Positions 1 through 12,925 of a stretch of 64,000 bases of DNA are shown in pieces (the first letter of the stretch is position 1; each line of letters opens with the position of its first letter). Below the pieces are notes generated by a model. The model made no database searches and was not told the DNA's origin. It saw nothing but the letters and a program-made list of their open reading frames with translations. The stretch covers positions 30,813,337 to 30,877,336 of the forward strand of contig JARDVH010000193.1 of assembly GCA_030324005.1 (NCBI GenBank). Reading direction: 5' to 3'. The position numbers were made by a program, and so were the translations under genes. The DNA is from Negaprion brevirostris (Eukaryota).

Positions 1-387
1 GGACCCTGCCCAAATTAGGCCCTGGTCCCTTGGGACTGCCCGATGCCCAGTGGGCAGTGCCAAGGTGGTTCCATCTGGGCATGGGCACTTTGCCTCTTGG
101 GCAGTGCTGGGGGCACAGGCTGGCACTGCCAGGGTGTCCAAGCCTAGGGGGTACCATCCCTGCTGCCCAACCCCTCCCGGGGGGCACTGATTGCCCCCTT
201 CATTCCAACGAGGTCTCCTGCTAGCTCCCAGAATGTGGGGAGCTACTCTAAATCCCGTTGGAATGAAGTATTTTACCATCTCGATGGGTGAGGCTCCTAA
301 AATCCTGCCTGAGGCCAATAGTGAATTCTGTTCTGTGAGCCGTGCCCACCCCAATTCCAGGGCAGATGCGGTGGTAAAATTCCAGCC
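1..387. mobile_element. Right part of GC-rich non-autonomous DNA transposon (Harbinger-like MITE)
   Basis: GGCAGTGCC/GGCACTGCC subrepeats; ends in GGTAAAATTCCAGCC, like other MITE termini in the window. Confidence 0.55.
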
Positions 388-757
388 ACTACTGACTCCC
401 TTTTCTGCCTCATTATTTTAGCAATAATCAAACAATATGGCCAAAGGGCACAGATATATGTCATTCAGCATCAAATTCTTAATAATAGTATTTATTATGC
501 AATTGGCTATATCTATATTTCTAATTAGCTACACAATTACTGATTAGCGTATTGGATGATTTTGGGTCAAAGTATTTTGAAAGTTGAAAGCATAAGTTTC
601 AGTTTACATACATAGCTTAAAATCAGTTGAAGTGATGAAATACTTTTGATTTTACCAAGGAATTCAAAGTTAGTATTCTATGTTTATTCCTGGTTTCTTT
701 ATTCGTTATCTCATGTTAATATTTTTAAAACAAAAATTCCATTTTGCTCAAGGATTA

Positions 758-1087
758 TGAATCACAGAATCCCTACAGTGCAGAAGGAGGCCATTTGGCC
801 CATCGAGTCCGCATCCACCACAATCCCACCCAGGCCCTATCCCCATAACCCCCTTGCATTTACCTTAGCTAGTCCCCTGATACGTAGGGGCAATTTAGCA
901 TGGCCAACCCACCTAACCCGCATGTCTTTTAACTGTGGGAGGAAACCGGAGCACCTGGAGGAATCTCACACAGACGTGGGCAGAATGTGCAAACTACACA
1001 CAGACAATGACCCAAGCCAACTATTGAACCTGTGTCCCTGGCACTGAGAGGCAGCAGTGCTAACCATTGTGCCACCATGTTGCTGCC
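758..1087 (-). mobile_element. HE1-type tRNA-derived SINE with CR1-type tail
   Basis: Reverse strand shows GGTGGCACAATGGTTAGCACTGCTGCCTC (A box), GGTTCAAT (B box) and the CCTTCTGCACTGTAGGGATTCT tail. Confidence 0.9.
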
Positions 1088-1339
1088 CCATATCTGTTAC
1101 AACATCCAGAAGACACAAAATTAATAGTCTTCAAGAAACAGCTGCAACTAACATTAGAAGATAAAGTGACTATTTNNNNNNNNNNTTATCTATAATGTTT
1201 GTCTCACTCCTCAGTAACATTTTAGCAAGGTCACTGTTGGTGGCAACAAAGTAGATAGATTGCAGTGGACTCCTGTTTCAGCATAATTTTGAGTGTAAAA
1301 ACTTTTAGTAGTTGTGTGGTAGTTGTATAGCAGTTGTAA

Positions 1340-1475
1340 ATACATGAGTAGAGGGATATGGTCCCTCTATTCACATCCTATTCACTTTAGTTAAGTCAGG
1401 CAGCATGGTCAGTGCAGGGTCAGTGGGCCGAAGGGCCTGTTCCTATGCTGTAATTTTCTTTGTTCTTCTTTGTTC
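1340..1475 (+). mobile_element. CR1 LINE 3' tail fragment
   Basis: GGGCCGAAGGGCCTGTTCCTATGCTGTAATTTTCTTTGTTC, nearly identical to the tail at ~21598-21648. Confidence 0.75.
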
Positions 1476-2662
1476 CTCGTATTATTCTTCCAGTAGAATT
1501 TTCCTGGCCTTGAAAAGATGTTCACCTTCATTGTCCCTGTCAATTTTACTTAAGAAAGCTGTTAGAAAATCTTCAGTCACAATGTCTAATGAAAGGCTTC
1601 ACAGGGGAATTACTAAATGCTTATAACATTAAATCTCTTCAGTCTATTGAATGAAATGTATTCCTCTGTTGCAATTCTCGTATTAACAAGAAATGGACCA
1701 AATGTGTTTTCTTGTTTGGGATTAAAAGTGCATTTGGACACTTTGACAGGATTTGTGATTTATGTCTTTTAGATTTACTGCAGCCATCTGAAGATTTTCC
1801 TGCAGTCAGATTGAAATCAGGTCCTGCTTGGACTTCTTTCAATTCAAAGATCAGCAAAGGGTCAGAATCATACCCCCAAACTGATTAATGTTCGACTCTC
1901 CTGTAGGGTCTCTGTGTCAGTAAGTGAACAGCAATGACATTTTTCAATCTTAGAACCATTCCAGCTAAAGTCAGAAACGGAATGATCTAAAAGCCTTGGC
2001 CAGAATCAGTGAACCCTCTGGTGAGGAGCACTCATTCCGTTTCACATTGACATTCTGAGCAAAAGTATGAAATTAGAGGGACAGTTGTATCTATTGCTGC
2101 ACATAAATACCCTGTTCTTCATCATCCACTTTGCATTTTTTTTACAGACATGACTTGTCATTGATAAAGCTAAATTAACTGCCATTCACTAAAATTGCAT
2201 TGTTTCACATTACATTACAGCAGATTAACGTCAGTCCATTTGTTCAATGTAATTTAGCTTTTACCAGATAATGGGATACATACTTTACTTTTCATCATTA
2301 CTTGGTTAGTCCATCAGGAGTGATACATAGTGACCTTTCCCAGTTTCCAGTGATCCCTCTGTCATCAATCAGAAACACACACATTTTTTCAAATTTGGGT
2401 TGTCATTTCCAACAACGATTAAAGGAGTCAGAGGTTACAATTAATCTCATTGTAAAACACAAGTGGTGAGTCTGTGAAATATATTTTGAAAGAGTTTCTG
2501 AACAGACCCATGCAGCTTGTGAATGACACATACATTGCTTTTCAACTCACCCTTGTGTATCTGATGGGATTTTATCTGTGATTGGGTGTCATAAACAAAA
2601 TTGTTTTACTTTTGGATTGAGCTTGCCTCTCTTTTCAGAAAGTAATATCTTTTTCACTTTAG

Positions 2663-2817
2663 AACGAAACTGAAATATCAGATTGGAAACAACTTGGTTC
2701 AGCTACAAGTAAATCAGTGTTGGAAGCAGTTTGTTTCTGTCTGTAAAAGGTTCGTTGATAAGATCCACAGCGTTCGTGCAAAGAGGGACAACTCAAGTAG
2801 CAGAGGCCTTTTGGGAG
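2663..2817 (+). other. Candidate isolated internal exon (155 nt)
   Basis: Acceptor tttttcactttag|, donor GAG|gtgagt; one open frame (TKLKYQIGNNLVQLQVNQCWKQFVSVCKRFVDKIHSVRAKRDNSSSRGLLG); protein not recognised. Confidence 0.3.
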
Positions 2818-3150
2818 GTGAGTTAAGTTGTAGGTTTCATGTTGCCCCAAGCAGCAGATGTACCAGCCAGGTAGAGCGACCTCACTGAGCAGAGGTTCCT
2901 CACGTGTTACGGTTATTCATGGTGACAATGACAAATGTATGATGTCTCACGATCAGACATTCACAAGCTCAACAAAGCAACTTGCATTTATTTTCATAGC
3001 GCCTTAACATAGTAAAATGCCCCAAGGCACCCCAGCATTTAGCTGGCAAGAACAGTGAATGTGAAAATCACCAAGGTGCCATGCAACACAATTGTTTCAC
3101 TGGTGACCAGTGAAGACAAATATTTTGCCACATCCTATTGGACTGTAACA

Positions 3151-3225
3151 GATCTTGTGGTGCAGTGGGTAGTGTCTCCACCTCTGAGCCCGAAGCTACA
3201 AATTCAAGTCTCACCCCAGGATTTG
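3151..3225 (+). mobile_element. Degenerate tRNA-derived SINE head (third family)
   Basis: TGGTGCAGTGGGTAG A-box-like and ATTCAAGTC B-box-like motifs. Confidence 0.5.
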
Positions 3226-4679
3226 ATGGGAATACAAGGAAGGTGCATTTATAATACAGTCAACTAGGTTGAGTGTGTCAAACATGCCAGTGCCTGGTGG
3301 TAAGAGGGGGAGAGATCACTGGTCAGTCATGTTTGATGTGGCGTGGTGCCTCTCAAGCTATGAGCACCTGGCAACACACCTGTTCTGGGAATTATTAGCT
3401 GTGAAAACAGATGAAAGTCTGCTTTTCTGTACCATTAGGTGTGGGGAGAGAATTGGATTGAATTGTACTGGACCTGACTGCACCGTTTGACAGGGCTGAC
3501 CATGAGATTTTATTCTAATGTCTCTCATTGGGGCTGGTACAGGGAAGGTTTCCCAGAATAAGTGTGTTTTCCTATAATGAGAGGATGTGTTAATTCGGTT
3601 TATAATCTCAGGGGTTTAGCAGAATGAAAGGTAATCTTATTGTAACATTTAAGATGTGTCAGGGCAGTGCCAGGGCATATCCCTCACTCCTGGGTTCATT
3701 TGTCCTCATGCAATTAGTTGCCAGCCCTGATATGGGTCAGGTCCCCTGATCAACCCATGCAGTCTGGCCTCTCATGGGACCTCATCCATGGACCTCACAG
3801 TCTCCTTCTGTGCTGACCCTGTGATGTTTCCTGCACCTATCCACTTCTAGCTGCTACTGCAGAAAGGCACTGCCTCTGAGGGAAGACCTTTTAAGCCCCA
3901 GCAAGGTGGACCTGAGACAGGTGCCAGACCAGGTGCCAGACCCTTTGGAGACTTACAGCCAGCAACAATAAAAACCCATGAGCATGCACCTCCTTTCTCT
4001 CATGGCAAGACCCAACCCTCCCAATAAACATTTGCCTGGTTTCCCCACTTCCCCACCAGTGCCCTTTCTCTATTAGATTCCCTGGAAAGTGAGGGCGACC
4101 TGAGCACTCATTTCCAACATCCCCTTCAGAGGTGAGACTGCCAGGTTCTCATTTTTATGTTGCAACTGTTGTAAATCGCGCTGGTGTGACGTCATGCCGC
4201 GGATAAGGAATATTCAGTGAGGGCGGAGGTCAAGGGGGGAGAACAGCTTGCTAATGAGATTTTAATGCATTTAAATGAGGTTCCTGACCTTCTACAGTGG
4301 GAACCTCAATACGTCATGGGCAAGGATTGTGCAAAATTCCAAAATGGAATCCCAATCATGTTGGGATTTTGCATCCAAATCACCATTTACACTGGGGGCA
4401 AACACGGGCTCAAAATTTTGTCCAATATATTAAATTGAAAGAAGTACAAATAATGGCTGTCTCACTGGGAAGGATCACCTGTGCTTTGAATCAAGAGAAG
4501 GAAAGACGTACTTGCATAGAAAGCGAGGGGGCAGAATTTTCCTGTCCCGCCTGCCATGGGAATTGTACTGGGCAGAGATGGACCACGTTTAGAATCTGTT
4601 GACCTCAGGTAGAAGTTCCTGCCTTGGGCGGGCGAGGCCAGATAATCCTGCCAAGGTTGCTTCGGTTTGGGTGAGGAGT

Positions 4680-5280
4680 GGTTTGGGTTATCACAGAGGG
4701 AACAGTACCTTCAGAATGCTGACAGGGGAAGTGGGGGTAAGGCATGCTTGGCTGTGGCTGGAGATGGCGCACATGGAGGAGGATGATCCTTGTGCAGTTG
4801 CTGGGGGGGAAGGTGATGTCAAGGGGATCCGACAATCATTCTGGGAGTGAATGGTCCCAGGAATGGTGGGGGGGCCCTGTTAATTACGATACAGGGAATC
4901 CTCAGTTGAGGGAAATGGAAGGTATATCAGAAACCCTGACATGGAAGGCACATCTTTTGTTTCTTTACGTGTCTCATTGCCACTCTCTTTGGCTTGTGTA
5001 CCACAAAACCTTTTCGTCATGTATTCTGTCCGGCCCTCCAGCCTATCATAGAGCTCCACTTCTGTTCTTCCTCTACGATCTGCCCCCTCTAACCCCAATC
5101 CACCCAGACCGTCCCCTAACCCCCAGCCTTCACCTGGTCAAAACATTTCTTATTTTGCTCAGTTCTAATCAAAGGCCTGTGACCTGGAACATTTGTTTTT
5201 TCTCTCCACCAAAGTTGCCAGACTTGTTGTGAGTTTCCAGTACTTCAGATTTCCAACTTCTACAGTGTTTTGCTTTCCAT
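4680..5280. mobile_element. Penelope-like element fragment (minus-strand coding piece joined to plus-strand 3' terminus)
   Basis: Minus strand encodes RIILLHVRHLQ-like PLE peptide; plus strand ends in TTGCCAGACTTGTTGTGAGTTTCCAG...TTCAGATTTCCAAC PLE terminus. Confidence 0.7.
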
Positions 5281-5929
5281 TCTTTCCTGGAACTTTTATG
5301 CCGTTCTTCTACTTCCCAACCAAAAACAATGAGGAATTCATCACCACAGTTCCTCAACCATGGATCAATAATAATGATTGTCATCATTTTCCTGGATTAA
5401 ATTATCCGTTCATGCTTCTTTGACTTAAACGAAAAGTAATCGATTTTGTTGCCGGCAGCAGGGAGATGTGTATTGCCCCAAGTTATCTCACATTATTGTG
5501 AATTTTTATGCTTGACTCCTGGTAACTTTCAGATTTATTTCTAAACATGCCTTTTATATTATATATGTTGTTGTCATTTACCTCTTGTGACATTAGGGCT
5601 GGTGTCTTATCCGTGGGTGATCTGCCAAATGTTCCCTGATACCATCATCAGAGGAGGAGCTTGGATAAAGATCTATGAAAACCTTTTTTCAGTTTCTGGC
5701 CAGACTCTAGAATTGGCCCATATTTAGTTAAGAAAAGAGTTCAGTGTGGTGCATGGTAAAAATAAATCTTTATTTTCCATCTTGTTATCAATTCATACCT
5801 TTCACAATACCATTATCAGGTAGCAGGCAACCTTGTGCCAAATAGAAGGGCAGAAGTCCCATCCTACTCCAATATTACATTATTATGTGCAAGAAAGCTG
5901 AGTTAAACATACTAGTCATTGGTTGCGCT

Positions 5930-6450
5930 ACCTCTGATTCTTTGCCATACTACCTGCTATTGCCAGTCCCTCGAATACCTCAGTTGCTGAAACCATCACC
6001 CATGTCTTTGTTACTGTGAGACACAGTTACTCGAAAGCATTCTTGTCCATCCTGCAACACTCTATCCTTTGTAAACTTGGCTGATCCAAAGATCTGTGGC
6101 CTGTTTCCTAAACTGCATCAAGTCCCATTGACAGAGCATCCCTATACTCCCAGTCTAATGGCTCAACTTTCAAATTGTCATTCTAGTTTTTAAATCCTTC
6201 CATGGATTTGCCCCTCTCTATCTGTATGATCTTCTCCAACCCCACAACTCTCAGAGTTGTGGTCTCTTAATCATCCCTCATTTTAATTGCTGAACTATTG
6301 ATAGCTGTGCCATTAATTGCCTTGGTCCTGAACCTTGGAATTCCTTCCCTAAACCTTTCGCCCCCTCTTCTTTAAGACGGTCCTTAAGCCTACTACTTTA
6401 GCCAAATTTCTCATCATTTGTTCTAATATTTTCTTATGGGATTCTGTATT
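5930..6450 (+). mobile_element. L2-clade LINE 3' fragment
   Basis: AETITHVFVTVRHSYSKAFL resembles the L2 motif AETLIHAFVTSRLDYSNALL; followed by FKLSFLVFKSFHGFAPLYL. Confidence 0.75.
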
Positions 6451-7039
6451 AGCAGTGGAGGAAGCAGTCAGGGGAAGTGTAAATTCTAGCCAGCGGCAGC
6501 TTATAATTTTATCATTGAACACATTGGAGTACTCCTGCTTGTGATACTTTAAATAATTTACTTTGTTCATTGAGTTTGGACAGGACGAGTGTCTGGGCAC
6601 ATTCTTTTTTTTTCCCTAGAGCACTTTTCAAGATTGATTGAAGCTCGATTTTCAAAGTTAATCCTTATTTGTTTCTTGCCATTTATCTTCTGAGTGGTAA
6701 GGTCATCATTAGATTTGTTTAGCATGTTTAACCAATTATTTTACCTACCATGACCCTATCAGAAATGGCCAATATTAATTCAGGCCACTGAGAGCCCACT
6801 AAGTCACTGCACAACATGAATGCACCTCCCCCCACCCCCACCCCCGATTCTACCAGCTAGCCAACATTTTCTGCAGGGGGTGCTTCTGTTTAGTGGCTCA
6901 GGCATGATTGTGAATCAGGTGACAGCCTCATTATTATACCCAATTTGGATCCTAGGACCTTTATTGGATATTGATGCAATTTAAAGGGAGTATGCTCAAC
7001 ATACCTATATCAGGATAGGTAAAGTCAGTACAGCATCAT

Positions 7040-7737
7040 CAAGCTTAGTGGAGATCATGTCCCTGTCTACATCAATGGTGATGAAGTGGAAATGGTTGAG
7101 ACCTTCAAGTTTCTAAGTGTTCAGACCATCAACAACCTGTCCTGGTCCCTTCATGTGACACTATGGTTAAGAAAGCCCAAAAATGTTTCCACTTCTCAGG
7201 GGGCTAAGGAAATTTGGCATGCCCACTACGAGTCTCATCAATCTTTACAGATGCACCATAGAAAGCATTCTTTCCGGATGTATCACAGCTTAGTATGGCT
7301 CCTGCTCTGCCCAAGACTGCAAGAAGCTATAAAGGGTTGTGAACGTAGCCAAGTTCATCGCTGGAACCAGCTTTCCGTCCATTGACTTCTTCTACAGTTC
7401 CCACTGCCTTGGAAAAACAGCCAGCATAATCAAGGACTCATGCACCCTGGACAAATTGTCTTCCACTGGGAAAAATATACTAAAATCTGAGAACCTGTAT
7501 CAACCGACTCAAGAACAATTTCTTCCTTGCTGTCATCAGACTTTTGAATGGATCTACCATATATTAAGCTGATCTTTTTCTGCACCCTTGCTGTGACTGT
7601 TAACACTATATTTTGCAGCCTCTCGTTTCTATTTCCCCTATGTACTCTATGAGCAGTATGCTTTATCTGTATAATGTGCAAGAAACAATATTTTTCACTG
7701 TATTCCAACACATGTGACAATAATAAATCAAATCAAC
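7040..7737 (+). mobile_element. Rex1/Babar LINE 3' fragment
   Basis: HVPVYINGDEVEMVETFKFLSVQTINNLSWS...FYRCTIESIL motifs; tail GTGACAATAATAAATCAAATCAA. Confidence 0.85.
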
Positions 7738-8229
7738 TTTTTCTGGGGCCAAAGAAAGCAGGAGTTTTTTTCTGAGTTCTACCATAACCCGGTAGTCAGC
7801 TGCGATCCAAGCTTTCCGAAGGCATGGAAATGGGGCCAAGGTCTCTACTGGTTTGGGCCTCTAGCGACTTTGTGCTATGCCCATTGCCCTCCCTTTCCTC
7901 TGCCCCACTCTGGGTGAATNNNNNNNNNNATTTTTTTGCCTGTAGTAGATTTTACTGTTTACTGATCATTACTTTGATCATTGAGTTTGTTTTCAAGTCA
8001 CTGTTTTGCAGATTTCAGAATGATAACTGTTGAGTTTTGCTATAATGGTCATTCTTAGTATACTATTCACACTAAATCTGGTATGAATTGCTCTAGGGTC
8101 AATTAGTTTTGGTGATTTTGATCTTGCTGACCCTACAAATGGGTTGTTGTTGGAACAAGAGCACAGTGAATTGATTCATCGAAGTCCAACCTTTCCAATT
8201 TTTGGACAGATTTCAATTGAGCATTCTCA

Positions 8230-8935
8230 ATAGAAAAACAGCATATTGTTTAAAAGGAGAGAAATTGCAATACTCTTAAGGCACAGAAGGATCATACAGA
8301 GGGATCTGGGTGCCCTGGTACAAGAATCACAAAACGTTAGAATACAGATACGGCAAATAATTAAGAAAGCAAATGGAATTTTGCATTTATTGCAAGGGGA
8401 ATGGAATATAAAATTAAGGAACTTTTGCTACAATCTGTTGTTGACACCACATCTGGAGACTTGTGTACCTCCTTAAGTTGTGACCTCCTTACTTAAGGAA
8501 TGATATAATTGCATTGGGAACAGTTCGGATAAGGTTCACTTTATTAATTCCTGAGCTGAAAGTGTTATCTTATGAAGAAAGTTTGTGCCTGTACCCATTG
8601 GAGTTTAAAAAAATAAGAGATAATCTTGTTGAAATTTGTGATGGCTTGAGGGGACCTGACATTGTAGGTGTTTAAAAACAAGGGATATCCCATTTAAGGC
8701 AGCGATGAGGAGAACTGTTTTCTCTGAGGATTGTTTGTGGAAATCTCTTCTCCCAATAGCAATGGAAGTAGATTCATTGAATATTTTTATGGCTGAGTTA
8801 AATTATTGATTTGACAAGAGAGTCTAAGGGAATAGTGGGTGGAAGGGGGGAGTTGAGGCCACAATTAGACCTCTGCTATGATCTTAGCAAATGACCCCAG
8901 CTACTGAATGCTTCTAATTTGTATGTTGGTATGAA
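8230..8935 (+). mobile_element. CR1 LINE 3' fragment (decayed)
   Basis: QRDLGALVQESQ...QIIKKANGIL...PHLE peptide typical of the CR1 ORF2 C-terminus. Confidence 0.85.
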
Positions 8936-9282
8936 ACAGCTGAAACTCCCATCAAAAACTGTGGCAATTGCATTCATACATGATCATTGGAGTTAAATCA
9001 GTGTCTGTTCAGATTAGAATACCACTTTTGCCCCTGTTCATTTCACAGTCACCAGTGCCTCGACCTGCCCATGCACCAGGGATGGATGGTACAAGTTGGG
9101 AAGTGGTTATTTCCAATGGTATTTAAAGGGTTATTGGAATGCTGTAAAGGTCAGGGAGACATTTTACTTGTTTTAATTTGGTAGTTTTTTTGATTGTTAG
9201 ATTCTGATCAATATTTGTGGTGGCGGTGAACACTTGAAGCACTTGAAATGATGCATGCTTTCCTTCCTTTCTGGCACCTGGG

Positions 9283-9645
9283 GATGCCATAGCCGAGTGG
9301 TATTATCACTACATTATTAATCCAGAAACTCAGCTAATGTTCTGGGACCTAGGATTCGAATCCCGCCACAGCAGATGGTGGAATTTGAATTCAATAAAAA
9401 CACCTGAAATTAAAAATCTACTGATGACCACAAAACCATTGTCAATTATCGGAAAAACCCATCTGGTTCACTACTGTCCTTACCTGGTTTGGCCTACATG
9501 TGACTCCAGAGCCACAGCAATGTGGTTGATTCTCAACGGCCCTCTGAGATGGTCTAGCAAGCACTCAGTTCAAGGGCAACTAGGAATGGGCAATAAATGT
9601 TGACCAATCAGTGATGTCCATGTCCCACAGATTAATAAAATAAAA
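9283..9645 (+). mobile_element. tRNA-derived SINE, second family (family B)
   Basis: AGCCGAGTGG A box, GATTCGAATCCC B box, tail GGGCAACTAGGAATGGGCAATAAATG; related copies at 18985, 40927 and 48064. Confidence 0.8.
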
Positions 9646-9739
9646 CCTTCACTCTTGTTAGAGGCCGAGGACCAAGCGGAAGTGGAGGAGGGATAAGAGC
9701 AGCAACAGAAAGAAGGGGCAAATAGAATTGCTGAGAGGC

Positions 9740-10050
9740 AAATATAAAGATCTGTGCGCAAGAATTCATATCCCTGCAAGACAGTGTATGTACAGGATAA
9801 CATACCTTCAGAGCTCCAAGGAACAATGGAGATGGAGGCTGCCATACCTTAGAAGTCGTGACAGAGTTATGCCGACTTCTGTAACCCACCTGCCAGAACT
9901 ATTGCAGTCCTACCCGCTGCAGTTAAATTCATTCCAACCCTCACCTTCTTTGCCTTGAGCTGCTTCTATACCATCACAAAGGTTATCAGTGCCATCAGTC
10001 AGTCAGCAGTTCATGCTTACATTGAGAAGGTGACCAATGCCATAGAGCAA
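9740..10050 (+). pseudogene. PIF/Harbinger (HARBI1-like) transposase N-terminal fossil
   Basis: Frameshifted peptides TYLQSSKEQWRWRL / EVVTELCRLL / LPAAVKFIPTLTFFA / ISQSAVHAYIEKVTNAI match the Harbinger HTH region. Confidence 0.75.
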
Positions 10051-10769
10051 ACACTTCCATCATTTTCTCAGTTGTTATCTGCAGGAAGCAGAGTGAAGCT
10101 CTCGGATTTGTACAAAACATTTATCCAAGTTCATGGTCTCATCAACTGTTCTAGGCCCCCCCGTGGACTCCATTACATCATTTTCTTGCCTTCAACAATC
10201 ACAAGGACATCTAGCCCATTAAGGCTTAACTGGTGTCTTGTAACATGTCTGATCACCAGAAGAGCATCATGCAGGTCAGAATTAATTTCCTTGGCGGCAT
10301 CCTAACCGAGAAACTGGTTGCTTGGTGATTAGAGCTATATCCATCACGTTAAGGTCACCAAATGATGATGATGAAATAAGAAGGCCCAGCAGAGTCATCT
10401 CAGGGTCACGAGTGATGGCTACAATGTGCACCTTTTCCTTCATTACTCATGTATCCAAGGGAAGAAAAAAAGGAGCAAGATGAAACAATAAATCCTCCAC
10501 AATAAACTAATCTGCAGTTGAAGATGTCAAAATGACATACAGTTTCACCCTCTACACAGAATCATGTTGCTGGGTAAGTAATCAATATGGAGTAGCTTTA
10601 CCTCTAATCAGGTCTATCCTTCTCATTGTATCCAATTATCGCACTCAGTTATTGTGGTGTACCAATTAAAATATCTGCAGATTATTCAACCACATGGATT
10701 GTTTGTGTCTAAGTGTTCACTAATCCTCTTGAATAACTTCTCATTAATTTAAGAATCCAAGATTATGGA

Positions 10770-10968
10770 AACATAGAATCCCTACAGTGCAGAAAGAGGC
10801 CATTCAGCCCATTGAGTCTGCATCGACTCTCCATCAGGGCATTTTACCCAGGCCCACCCCTGCCCTATCCCTGTAACCCCACACATTTAATCCCCCTAAC
10901 CTGCACACCTTGGGGTGCTTAGGGCTAATTTAGCATGGCTATTCAACTAACCTGCACATCTTTGGACT
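10770..10968 (-). mobile_element. HE1-type SINE 3' half
   Basis: CATAGAATCCCTACAGTGCAG...ACCTGCACATCTTTGGACT. Confidence 0.85.
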
Positions 10969-11949
10969 AGACTAGATACAAAATGTATTTTAAACTTTTA
11001 ATATAATTCTTTTGCATTTTCAGATCTCCCAGGGAAGCTCTTATGAATATTCTAGGAACTAATCTGCAATTTCCAATATTTCCAATGGTCTTGCTGCAGT
11101 TGAAATGTGACAGTAGTTTATCCAATACAGTGAATTAACTGAAACAACACGTTATGACCAGTTTAGGTAGGGTAAGCTGACTTGTCCCTCTCCTAAAGTT
11201 TGAACTTTAAGAGAAAGGTGATATTGTCAATTTAATATGTGATTAACCATCTAAAGCCTGGTGTAAGAATTAAGCCTACTAGATTATTTGAATTAACAAA
11301 TAAGGAATGAGTTTTATTACCAAAACTCATTTAGGTAAAGATACAGAAACTGTTAAAAAAAGGTTTTGAAATGTACGACTTTGTGCCAATCCCCACCAAT
11401 GCAAAAAAAAGGACACAATGCAACTTCCCCAAGCATGCACAAAGTAAATAAAAAAACTTTCAAAACTATTAAAACTTGCTACACTAAAAAAAAGCAAAGT
11501 CAGAAGAATGATTCATGGATTCTCTGAATGTCTGCTTACAGCCAGGGAGTCACTTTCAAAGAGGGCAGCTGATGCTTTGGCTTGTCACTGAAGCAGTTGC
11601 TCTACATTTGTTGCTGATTGTTTCTCTTTACTCTTGAAAACAGTGGTGTTGAGTTGCAATTCTCCTTTAAGAATCCTTGTTTTGTAGCAATGAGGTCTTC
11701 TGGTAGGGTTTTCAAACCTCAAGTGGGACTTCACTTTCCTGAGAGAGGCAGCGGGGGGANNNNNNNNNNNNNNCATCCCTTCAAGCACTGCCCCGACAGG
11801 CCCTGTGGCAGTCTCTGCCCGTTAATTCAAATCCAATATATCTTGCAGTCAAGATCTGTGTCACATAGCCTCTCTCTGGTTTCAACCTGGAGCTCAGTGG
11901 CTCTGCCTCCATGAAGGGGTTTCTGGCCTTTATACTATAAATATATATA

Positions 11950-12156
11950 GGGTGGGATTTACTGTGCAACTTGTTGCATGTTTCACAGTAGCGGGAGACA
12001 GTCCAGTATTGATGAGTGGTGGAATTGTCTGGTCAGACCGTTGTCAATGGGCTTTCTGTTGAAAGCTCCCCTCACTACCATGAAATCCACAGCGGGGACG
12101 TGCCTCAATGGGACTGGAAAATCCCACTGGCAAGAATGACTGGAGAGTTCCGGCCA
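11950..12156. mobile_element. Short MITE
   Basis: GGGTGGGATTTAC...GGAGAGTTCCGGCC imperfect inverted ends; internal GTCAATGG motif shared with other short MITEs. Confidence 0.5.
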
Positions 12157-12257
12157 TTATATCCAGCAAATAACATTACAAATTAATATTCTATATAGCA
12201 TTCTATTTGAAACTAATACATTATTTCATTGATATGAGGTAAACAACTCATAAATAT

Positions 12258-12540
12258 GGGCGGCATGGTGGCACAGTGATTAGCACTGCTGCTTCACAGC
12301 ACCAGGGACACAGGTTCGATTCCTGGCTGGGGTCACTATCTGTGTGGAATTTGCACATTCTCAACGTATCTGCATGGGTTTCCCCTGGGTGCTCCAGTTT
12401 ATTCCCACATTCTGAAAGATGTGCTGGTTAGGTGCATTGAACCAAATAGGCGCTGGACTGTGGCAACTAGGGGAATTTCATAGTAACTTTATTGCAGTGT
12501 CAATGTAAGCCTTACTTGTGACTAATAAGTAAACTTTATT
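12258..12540 (+). mobile_element. HE1-head SINE with alternative (Rex1-like) tail
   Basis: GGCGGCATGGTGGCACAGTG...GGTTCGATTCC head; tail TGTAAGCCTTACTTGTGACTAATAAGTAAAC. Confidence 0.9.
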
Positions 12541-12640
12541 TTAAACACTTTGATACTTTTGTAGCACTAAAATAGATAAGCCTGATAAATACAGTGATAT
12601 ATTTAACAAATGACTTGCTCCTATTTCTTATGTTCTTATA

Positions 12641-12925
12641 CGGTGGCACGGTGGCAGAGTGGTTAGCACTGCTGCCTCACAGCGCCAGGGACCTGTGTTC
12701 AATTCTGGACTTGGGTAGCTGTCTGCACGGAATTTGCACGGTCACCCAGTGTCTGCATGGGTTTCCTCCGGGTGCTTTGGTTTAATGCGAAAGACATGCT
12801 GGTTAGGTGCATTGACCATGCTAAATTCTCCCTCAGTGTGCTGGAACAGGTGCCAGAGAGTGGCAACTGAGGGATTTTCACGTAACTTCATTAATGTAAG
12901 CCTACTTGTGAGACAAATAGTAAAA
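12641..12925 (+). mobile_element. HE1-head SINE with alternative tail
   Basis: Same head and tail as 12258. Confidence 0.9.

Noticed and set aside
11024-11171. Exon-like segment (ttttcag acceptor, GG|gtaagc donor)
   Set aside because: Stops in all three frames and no coding continuity with 2663-2817; could only be non-coding, with no further support.
12258-12330. tRNA-like A/B boxes at many loci
   Set aside because: These are SINE heads without a complete cloverleaf, not tRNA genes.
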